Source: Wallemia ichthyophaga EXF-994
Taxonomy: Eukaryota; Fungi; Basidiomycota
DNA length: 32,000 bases
NCBI RefSeq assembly: GCF_000400465.1
Contig: NW_008806277.1
Location: 390,001 to 422,000 of the forward strand
Direction of reading: 5' to 3'
Part shown: positions 9,878 through 19,392 of the stretch, in pieces
Numbering within the stretch: the stretch's first letter is position 1
How the letters are laid out: every line of letters begins with the position of its first letter
Made by a program: the position numbers and the translations under genes
The notes under the pieces: model-generated
What the model was told of the DNA's origin: nothing
The model's database searches: none
What the model saw: the letters and a program-made list of their open reading frames with translations, nothing else

Positions 9878-12197
9878 ATGATTATATTAAAGGGCGACCA
9901 AGCAGATTTTACAGAGAGAGATAGCAGAGGTGATTTGGTGCACGATGAGCCTTACCTACCGAGGTATTCAATTCATGGGATTAGTGGGGCGATAGCGGAG
10001 TCCGGGGAGGCAGCGCAGACAGCCCAAACAGCGCAACCACATCAATCAGGGCACACCAATCAAATGGTTCAAACGGGCGATCTCAGGCGTGAGTTTTGAT
10101 TGGTCCAAGTGATTACACCCACTCACTCCCACTTTCGCAGCGCTCCTCCCTATACACGCTCCTTATCACAATACACGGGACAGAACTACTGCCGCGCCTT
10201 ACAATCCAGTCGTTGCTGGTGTTGGTTCTGGTTCAGGCACAGGCAACGGCACAGCCACTGCCACCCCCTCATCCACCCACCTAGCTCCCTCTGACAGTCT
10301 TATCAACCCATTCGCTCACCCCGACGACGACGACTACGACTCACGCGACTCACGCTCCTTGCTGATTGCTGCTGCTCAGCTACAAAGACCTTCTGCTAAG
10401 CGAAGAACGAGGAAGAGGTTCTTCATCGCTCTGGCCTGGGCTTTGTCGGTGTATGTTGCTATCGGCGCTATTCTCGGTCCAATCCTGGAGCACTACCTCA
10501 ATGACAGCACTCCAACTGTTTCCAACGAATCTGACGCTAGCTACAGTCTCCCATACGGTCTCAGTGCAAATAGGTCATCTGTTTCTTCCAAATTGGCTTT
10601 GCAGGGCTTTTCTGAGCTCGTTCTGCTGCCTGCGTCGGGTAAAATTGACATTCAACTGCCACCATCTGTCAACGGCAAGGTTAAGGTCGAACGCTCACCT
10701 AAGAATGAAACTGATAAAGACGGTAACCCAACAGCTCCCTCCAAGGAAACTTCCTTTTGGGCTCAGTTTACTCTGCCAAAATCTGTAGACGCTGTCATGT
10801 CTAAACATAGTGAATCACTCATAGCACACCTCTTAGTCCCACTCCAGCCACTTCAACTTGTTTTACCTCTCCAACAGCCACCAAGTGGTATTAGCAATAC
10901 TACTTGGTATAATGGTGGTGATGACAGTGATGATAAAGGTGACGATAAGGGTGATGAGAAGGATGATGATAGGGATGATAGGAATGATAGTCATAATGAC
11001 TCGGACTCAGACTCAGACTCAGACTTAGACTCACTCCCAATTGCCCCTTCTAATAACACTCACAACTCTACAAACACCTCAAATCAAACCAGGCGTTCGT
11101 TACTCCCCCCACACACCCCCATCGACGTCGTCAGCCACCCTTCCGCTCCCACCAAATGGCACCGTGCTCTTTGTCCCCTTATTAGTCCAATTGGCGGTTA
11201 TATACCCACCTTCCTGCCATGCACCCAGATTAACAATATGCGCGCTCAAATTTGGTCTTCCTATCAAAATGAATGGAGCGAGCGTTACAAGCACAGCAAA
11301 GATCTCGATATTGCCTCCACACTCCCATCACACAACTCAAGACGCAGAGCAATCACAAGTGACCAACTCAACGCAACAACCCACAATGTTTCAGATGATG
11401 ATCATGTAGGACAGATAGAATTCAGTCCTGGTGGTGACGAGACAGAGGAGTGGGCCTCTTTAGTAGTTGAGTCGCTTAACCAAAACGAGACGGGAGGTTT
11501 GAATATAACGGTTGATGATCCATTCGGCAATGGCACATCTACAGTGGATGTGGTTCCCGCCTGTGGTGACTGCTACGCTGATGCGGCAATCACGCTCTAC
11601 CTTCCAGCAAACGTGCCAGCGTTAGACCTGTCAATCAGTACGCACTCGCGCGACATGGGCGTGTTCGTCAGCGATCTCACTGACGTCCTCTTTGACACGG
11701 TTCGGGTGGATCTCGACAGCGGTAATGTGGCAGTCGAGGATCTCAACGCTACCACGGCTACCATTGACACGCGTAATGGGACTATCGTTGGTACTTTCTC
11801 TACTAACTCGTATCTCACTATGAATAGCACCACTTCAACTAATGCCACAGTCTCTTTATTCGAAAAACCCTCCGTATACGCTAGTGATGCGTACATAAAC
11901 GCTTACTCGTCTAATGGTTACTCTACCCTCACCATCAATGGTACTGCGCTGAGAGATGATGTCTATGTTAATGCGGATGGTAAACAATCTTCTCAACTTG
12001 ACTTACCAGTTGATTATACTGGCAATTTTGGCGTTAAGGCGAAGGACGCGGATGGAATGGCCATATTGAATATCCAGAACTCAACCAAAGTGGTGAGAAA
12101 TGGTATCGGAGAGATTAGAAACACGAACCAGGAACAGGATCCATACGATGGACATATAGACTGGGAGTGGTCGACAACTATCTCCGAAGGCAATTAG
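9878..12197 (+). CDS. Type II membrane protein with a heavily N-glycosylatable lumenal part and a C-terminal putative-adhesin (DUF4097-like) beta-repeat region, 2 exons
   Basis: Exon 9878-10088, then intron 10089-10140 (52 nt, GTGAGT..CTCAC..CAG), continues in frame into ORF 10359-12197. Single TM (FFIALAWALSVYVAIGAILGPIL) after basic KRRTRKR. Many NxS/T sequons. Repeats such as VRVDLDSGNV and IDTRNGTIVGTF. Family call is by eye. Confidence 0.7.
10998..11033 (+). repeat. Hexamer microsatellite (GACTCA)x6, imperfect, encoding a DS repeat
   Basis: GACTCG GACTCA GACTCA GACTCA GACTTA GACTCA within the acidic linker of the type II membrane protein. Confidence 0.9.
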
Positions 12198-12463
12198 TAA
12201 GCCAATTAAATTACTTGAATCAATAGCCATAGCCAACTGGCTGTATAAAAAACGACCAATAGAATCCTTAACGTATATAATATAGTACACACACAACGCA
12301 AGCATATCATCACTGCATCAATCATTTACCTAAACAATAAAGAGAAATAAAAGAAATCTGCTCTTCACTCAAATGCTAAATCAAAGTAACGCTTTAATAT
12401 AATTCCACCAGTAATTGTAATAATAGCTCTCATTTCACATCTGCATAATAGCCGTCGCTCCTC

Positions 12464-13540
12464 ATGGCCGCACTAGCACTGCCGATAACTGCGCTCAGTG
12501 TGTTTCTGACGCGACAAGAACAACAGCGCGAGCAAGAGGGTGAGCGCAAGAAGCAAGATAGCGATGACTTTCTCACCAAGTACGGTATGCGGGGGGGAGG
12601 CGGTGGAGGAGGAGAAGGTACGACCGCCACACCCAACACGCCCACCATGCAGCACAAATCGCCCAGCGACGACTGCGATATACTAATGCTTGGCAGTGGC
12701 TGGATATCAAATTTCGCCGTGCCTGTGCTTGTCAGCAAGGGGTATACTCTGAGTGCGACGACGCGGCAACCGGTCCAAGGCGACACGTTTGAGAGGATAG
12801 CATTTGATTATGGAGGAGGTGATGGAGACGATGAATCAGACACGACGCTCGATGATCAGATTCGCGCTCTGCCCACAGCACGCACGGTCGTCATAGTGTT
12901 CCCGCTGCGCGGCGCTAAGCGGAGTGCGCGGCTAGTGGACAGCTACACGCGACTGAAGGGAGCTGCTCAATGGATCCAGTTAGGCAGCACTGGTATCTGG
13001 GGAAGTAGCGGCGTTGGCGAGACGGTGTGGATCGATCGCCATTCTCCTCCTACGCCCACCAACGAGCGTTTCATCGCTGAACAGGAACTCCTCTCCCTCT
13101 CAACGCCCTCCTCCCCGACTACCGTCCTCAACCTCGCCGGCCTCTATGGACAGGAACGCAAGCCGTCTAATTTTCTCAAGCGGTTGCAAGATAAACTCGA
13201 GATCAAGGGCAGTGTGCATTTCATTCATGGCGTTGACGCCGCTCGAGCTATTCTCCTCCTTCATCAACACTTCACTCCTGGTCAGAGGTGGCTGCTCACT
13301 GACGGACGCGTGCACGATTGGTGGGCTGTCGCTCTCGATAAAGCTGAACCAGGCAGTGTCGCACGCGCTAAAGTTAACGCTTTAACTAAACTTCTCGGCA
13401 TCAAGGCCTTACCTCGCCCTGTTGCTCATGTTGTCCCCGATGACGTCAATGACAGATCGAGGAAACTCGTTAGAGCGTTGGATAGCAGTCACTTCTGGCA
13501 CCATTTCGATGAAGCCCCTTTGAGTGGTACATTGTCCTAG
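12464..13540 (+). CDS. Atypical short-chain dehydrogenase/epimerase-like Rossmann protein (YeeZ-like) with N-terminal hydrophobic and poly-Gly extension, intronless
   Basis: ILMLGSGW Rossmann glycine motif, WIQLGSTGIW, VLNLAGLYG, HFIHGVDAARAI (IH..D.A.A as in extended SDRs). Confidence 0.7.
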   Translation: MAALALPITALSVFLTRQEQQREQEGERKKQDSDDFLTKYGMRGGGGGGGEGTTATPNTPTMQHKSPSDDCDILMLGSGWISNFAVPVLVSKGYTLSATTRQPVQGDTFERIAFDYGGGDGDDESDTTLDDQIRALPTARTVVIVFPLRGAKRSARLVDSYTRLKGAAQWIQLGSTGIWGSSGVGETVWIDRHSPPTPTNERFIAEQELLSLSTPSSPTTVLNLAGLYGQERKPSNFLKRLQDKLEIKGSVHFIHGVDAARAILLLHQHFTPGQRWLLTDGRVHDWWAVALDKAEPGSVARAKVNALTKLLGIKALPRPVAHVVPDDVNDRSRKLVRALDSSHFWHHFDEAPLSGTLS

Positions 13541-13611
13541 TCTATGAAATTAAATGTACTTTATAAGTTATTAGATACTACTGCTACTGCATCATACCTA
13601 TGTAAAAGTCT

Positions 13612-15821
13612 TCACTTGGTTCTTGGCCTTCCACGACCGTTCAGCTTCGAATTGGCGGTGACTGTTCCTCTTTCAGCTGCGTCAGCACACAAACTACCCA
13701 CTAACCTTGTATTGTATACAGGAACACCGTTTCTTTCAGCACAATCAAATACATGGTCTATAAAGTCGTCAAACGCTTGAAAGTTGAACTTTCTATTGCT
13801 CTTTATCCGCAACGCAAGCGCATCGTGACTACTTCTGAGTGGTGTCTTACCATCGCATTCGTTGATATACTCCACCACACTGCTATTTAGTTTCAAGTGA
13901 AACGCCAACACCGTATCCTCTGAGCGATCACTTGTGTAACTTGAAGTAGCTATACTCTTAACCACAGTAATCGGTATCATCCACACAGCCTGCGTCACTC
14001 CATTCACCCTCCCATACACAACAAAACAATCGTCTTCAAATCCTAAATATGCTGGCCAGCCGGGAACGCATAGTCCACAGTATATGTGATCATCAAATAC
14101 CGGAAATAACCTCCCTTTATGTAGGAGATGTTCGAGGTAGTAGTCCTGCGCGGGTCTTAGACGCTTACGGAATAGCGGCGCATAGTCAATAAACGATGGC
14201 TTTTGTAGTAGTTTATTGAGCGCTTTTCTCTTTCGTGCTTCTGGCATATATCTTGTCTGTAGATCCATGTCACTTGCTATTTTGTCTGTATTGTTGGTGG
14301 TGCTGCTTGTAGTGTCAGTAGTGTTAGTCATGTTAGTAGTAGCTTCTTCAGTAGTATTCGCTGAGTCAGTAGCTGCGTTTTTCGGAGCAACTCCTTTCTC
14401 AGTAGTCTTGCTAGCCGTATCTTTGTTGTTGGTAGCTGCATTGTTTGCGACCGTGTTTGTGTTGTTGTTTGTTTTGCTATTTGCTTTTTTCTCATTTGCC
14501 TTGGGGCTTACGTTTCCATCAACACTACCGTTTTCGTTTCCATTTGTATCTGTATGATGTGTCTGAGGACGTAAAGTTTGGTCAGAGGCTGCTGGAGGCT
14601 GCTGAGCAGCTTTGGCTTGCTTTTGCTGTATTTCATCAGCTATTTTTGAGGTGCTGGCCGTGTTTACTGTCTTCGCAATGCTTGATGTGCCAGCTGTTTT
14701 GGCGGTGTTTGCCCTGCTTGACGCAGCAAACGTAGCTGCGTTCGACTGTTCCCTCTTAACAGCAACACTCTTTGCGTGTTCAGACATCTCCAAAGCACGC
14801 TGCTGCAGTTGATCTGCGCTAGGTTTGTGCTCCTCTTCATCCAATACCATACTGTCACCATCCAAAACCTGTCTCACCCTGCGCTCTTCGTCTTCAGAAT
14901 GATTCGAAGCTCTTCTCTTGCGAATTTGATCCGACTTGCTCAATTCTTCATGATGCTGCTCATGTGGCTGGTTGACTTCTTGTGTTGGTAATCTCCTAGC
15001 TGAAGCTACAGGAGCTGCGGCTGGTTCCGGTTGTGGAGATATGGATCCCCAGTACGGCTCAGCGGTTGGATCTGGAGCTTTTGATACATTGCGAATGGGT
15101 TGGCGAGCTGGTTGCGTTGATTGCCAGTGCAGTACAGGTTGCTGCACCTGCTGCACTTGCTCAACTTGCTCAAAACCTTTAACTGGTTGCGTAATTCCTG
15201 CTACAAAGTTGCTATCATTGACGTTGTTGCTATCGAAATTGCTGTACTCGTTGGTCTCGTGATATTCTCCCATTGCAGATTGATCAAGCTGATTATCTTC
15301 CATGGGAACTTCAGCCCTATCGTAAATAACGCCATATTGCTGCTCGGGCTGCTCTCTTTGCTCCACGTGCCCAACGCCCTCCACTGGCCCGTACTGCTCC
15401 TCGGGGTAATCAAATTGACTCGGAGGGTACGCGTCCTGATATGGTTGAGGCTCCTGCTGCGAGTATCCAGACAAATCTATGTTGATATAGTATGTACAGT
15501 TTATCGTGACTCCGTTGCTACTGCTGCTACTGCTGTTTGCTGGGCGAGACGGTTGCATCCCACGAGGGAGCCTCAATGAGAGAGAAATGTCGTGATCGTC
15601 TGAGTTCGTTACCACTGTTTGCATTCCTTGAATTAGTCTTTCGGCTATCGGCGATGGAAGTTACAAACAAGACGAAACACGCAGGAACACCAACTCTCCA
15701 GTATTTCTAATTCAAATGTAGGTTTCTCATAGGAAGCATTGTTGTCTCGAGCTTTCCGCAGTGCGCGGCTATAGTTTAATGACTCTTCTCCGATATCGCC
15801 CAATTGTGTCATAATCAGCAT
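13612..15821 (-). CDS. Hypothetical, probably nuclear protein: long Q/T/N low-complexity region, C-terminal putative PH-like domain, terminal AT-hook-like RGRPR; 5' end uncertain
   Basis: 670-aa ORF 13612-15624. A stop-free 135-nt exon (15695-15829) joins it in frame via a 50-nt intron 15645-15694 (GTTGGT..TAG), giving an ATG at 15821. Further upstream exons are possible (see findings). Confidence 0.7.
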
Positions 15822-16391
15822 CGGAATACCTGCACAAGATGAGAAATATAAATTACAAATATTATTCCGTCTACTGTTTCTGCTTCGATAAGCCTTGTGA
15901 TTCTGGTTTTTTTTTTAATAATCGAGTCTGTGTATGTTAGCTCACGTGCCTTACAGACTAAATACTCACGAAGCTTCTTGCCTGGGTATGTTCTATCGCT
16001 GTACTGCGTGGTGAAAGTTTCTGTAGTAAATAGTCTACGCGCTTTTGGTAAAAATTTCATGTTGTGGCTTGACGAATAAAATGGCAGTATCATCTTCATG
16101 AGTGTGCGCGTTTAGCTACTTTGTTGTTTGTTTTATTACCTGTGACCCAAGGTGTAGTGCGAATTGATTTCGCGAGATTTCGTGGAAAGAGTCATAAGCT
16201 GCCTCATACCCATGGCTGCTCCATGTATTGTATCTATGAATGTTTGGTATCACATGAAAAAGAAACAAGATTAACAATTATATAGACGTGAATTATACAG
16301 ATCTTATTTATACAGGTCTTCCTTTGCGCGTAAATTATCTGCCTAATATGAGGCATATTAAAAAAGTAGGGAACTGCGAAATCTCCAGTTT

Positions 16392-18424
16392 TTAAGCTGA
16401 TGAGCCTTCCCCTGGCTTGACTTCCTCATCAAAGACGTAAAGCTCCTCCTTTGGTAATTTCCGACCGAATAAGTACCGGTTGATGAACCACGGAATCTGT
16501 CTGAATTGGTAAGCGATGTGGACGCGAGTAGGGGTGCTGAAGACTGCAGAAACCTTAGAATGACTATATGAAACACGGCTCAACTCACCTTGGTCCAACT
16601 CTTCTAGCGTCAAGCTCTTTGTTTCAGGAACGAATAAAAAGGCGAGACAGAAGAGAGCAGCGCACCATGCGGCGTACCATCCAAATGCACCTGAAGAAGT
16701 AAATGCTTCTTGAAGCGCTGGGAAGGTAATCGAGAGGATGAAGTTGAAGAGCCATAGAATCGCCGTCGCCAGACTCATCCCGAGATTACGATGTGACAGC
16801 GGGAATACTTCAGCGCTGTATGTAAATGGAACAGGTCCTGAGGTGTAACTGTACTGAACCGTAAAGAGATATACTCCAATCGCGACTGGAATGATTTGTT
16901 TGTCGAATGGAGCCAGGAATCCTAAGGCGACGACCAAAAGCATAGCGCACATGGTAGGATAACCAATCAAAAGCAATGCTCGACGTCCATATCTGTCAAT
17001 TGTAAAGAATCCCGGGATTGCAAAGAGGAAGTTGATCATACCGAATCCCCAAGATGCTAAGAGTGCATTCAATTCACTGAATCCAGCTCTAACAAAAATG
17101 TTAGAGCTATAATAAGCACATACATTAATACCGCAGAACTGTCGATCCCGGTTAGTTTGGACCATGTGCTCCTGGTAGAAAATTTGCACTTACTTGTTGA
17201 CCAAACATGACGATGGCGGAAGCTGCGGTAGCTCTACGGTTTCTTGGAATGGTAAAGAGCTCTAAAAATCTGAACCACGCTGACTTCCCTTGAATCATTT
17301 TCATTTCTTCGGTCATGCAGATGTGAATGTAGTAGATGTCACGCGCAGCTTGAAGATCGCTCGGACGTAAGCGCTTCAAGGCTCTTAAAGCCTTAGGATA
17401 ATTTTTCTTGCCTTTGCCCATCAGATAACGTGGTGATTCTGGGATGAATGGTATGACGCCCATAACGACTAATGCTGGAATACCAGCGCTACCAAGCATT
17501 AATCTCCAGTTTAAACCATCGATGTTAGCTGTGTCTTTGACGTGGTAGAAGATTAAATCAGCGACAAATCTATGATTTAGATGTTAGCTTTAGTTAGTAT
17601 GAATATTTGCATCATACCCTACTATGATTGAAATCTTAGCTTATTGTTGTTTTTGATGTAAAACACTTACACATAATACCGAAAGCTGTCCAAAATTGCC
17701 ACATCATAACGAGTGCACCTCTAATGTTGGCTGGGGTTGTTTCAGCAGCAAAAACCGGAACTGTTGCGCTCTTTGGACCGATACCTAATCCTAGCACAAG
17801 TCTGGAAACAAAGAGATGTTGCCAGGAATTTGTAACGGCTGACCAAATGCAGGTTGCGAACGACAGGAAGGCAGTGATCATGATAGTACCACGTCTCCCA
17901 AAAAATCTGTTAAGAGGGCTAGTAAGCCAGCAGCCAAGAACTGCACATGCTAGGTATGGCGCTGAATTAACCAAACCAAACAGCCAGACATCGACATCGG
18001 GGTTGATATTCAAATCCTGTGGATAGAAGAGTTGTGCACCATTTATGACTGTTTCATCCATGCCCTGAACGACAGCACCAACACTGCAACAGGCTACTAG
18101 CAGCCAAAGCTCACGTGTCTGATGTAATTTGTGTGTTGACTCCCTTCGGAAAGCCTCTTTGTCGTCGTCGGTGAGCTGAGATAGCATCTCTAATCTTTTT
18201 GGATCTTGCGCAACCAAAGCACCCTTTGCAATTTTTTCAGCATCATCCCCAAGCCCATACTCGTGCGCAAAAGCGGTTGCATCCTCATAAAGCTTATCGT
18301 GTGGGATGCCCTTGAGAGGATTTTCGAGCTTCTGGGTCAATGTCTTGGGTGGAGGAGCCCTTTGTTCGGGTAGAGAGTCATGGGAGATTTCAGGCTCAAG
18401 TTTGTGATCTATTTTCTTTTCCAT
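16392..18424 (-). CDS. MFS sugar-porter family transporter (polyol/myo-inositol-like), 5 exons including a 4-nt micro-exon
   Basis: Sugar-porter motifs QGMDET, NRFFGRRG, PVFAAET.P..IRG, PESPR, QQFCGIN, IDRYGRR, PETKSLTLEELD. Introns 17622-17670, 17570-17617, 17139-17193, 16544-16588. Substrate is not determinable from sequence. Confidence 0.92.
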
Positions 18425-18605
18425 GTAGTAAATTAAAATTAAAGAAGGGTATAAGGCGTTTGAGGCTATTTAAGTTACCAGATGATGTTTAAGTCATGGG
18501 ACCTAAATTGAATCTCAGATCGGAGGAACTGGCCGCGGCAGTCTAGATTGGCGTTCATCGGCATTCTAGCGCCTTCCGAATTTGGTTAAAGCGTAAATTA
18601 CAGAA

Positions 18606-18635
18606 TAATAATGAGCTAATAATGATTTAATAATG
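18606..18635. repeat. Three direct copies of TAATAATG at 11-bp period upstream of the MFS transporter
   Basis: Copies start at 18606, 18617 and 18628. Confidence 0.75.
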
Positions 18636-18859
18636 CCGAAATTGAGGCGGATGACTCCTCGGGGCGATCTATAAGATATCGTGACAAAAATGTAATCAAA
18701 GGTATCATGTCACGCTGGAAGGGATGCAAGACTGTGCATTCATAGATTCATGAACAAGATAAATAGTGTGGCTTGATTAGGAGAGAGCACTGGAAATCAC
18801 AGGTAGAGAGAATCCTTGTAAAGGTAAATGTCCAAGCTGATTGGCTGATATAACACGGC

Positions 18860-19309
18860 TTATTTCGCTGGTGATTGAGATTTGCTGCTGAACGCGCCAG
18901 TTGCCCAATCGTTGGAGTTTTGAACGTCTGGACCGGCAAGAGATCCACGATGGGGGCCGTTGCTGGTAACTTTAGGTTCACCAACCTAAAATATCTCAAT
19001 GGGATGAATATAGCGAGATTTCCCACGTACCTCTGAAACATCTGGATCAGCACCTTGGTCTTCCTCAATCGCAGCGTTTGCTTCAGCGCCTTCAATCGGA
19101 ACGCCCTGAGAAGTACGCAGCTGGGAATTACGCCTTGGCCTCTGAGAAGACTCTCCAGAAGGGATATCAGCCTTAGATTGGTTCAGCGTAGACTCCCTGC
19201 GCTGCTTTGGTGCGTTATCATCTGGAGGAGGGCTAACTTCTTCATCATCAGAATCGAATGGATTTCTAAATTTTGTTTCTTGTGCGTTGGCTGAGTTTGA
19301 TTTGATCAT
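18860..19309 (-). CDS. Small (~134 aa) hydrophilic, probably disordered hypothetical protein, 2 exons
   Basis: ATG 19309. Intron 18986-19030 (45 nt, GTACGT..TAG) removes the in-frame TAG and continues VGEPKVTSNG...SPAK to TAA at 18860-18862. No recognisable domain. Confidence 0.6.
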
Positions 19310-19340
19310 ATCTTTTGACAGTTGTAATCAACCTTTGTGC

Positions 19341-19364
19341 ACGACGACAACGACGACGACGACG
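19341..19364 (+). repeat. (ACG)n trinucleotide tract in the 83-bp divergent spacer between the small gene and the Ulp2-like gene
   Basis: ACG ACG ACA ACG ACG ACG ACG ACG. Confidence 0.8.
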
Positions 19365-19392
19365 GCAGCGTTAAAATAGATTTTAAGCTTAA

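Noticed and set aside
12591-12618. G-rich tract as a possible G-quadruplex
   Set aside because: Only one long G run plus GG dinucleotides, fully explained by poly-Gly codons.
14216-14557. Hydrophobic plus-strand ORF resembling a membrane protein
   Set aside because: Antisense mirror of the T/N/K-rich low-complexity region of the minus-strand gene.
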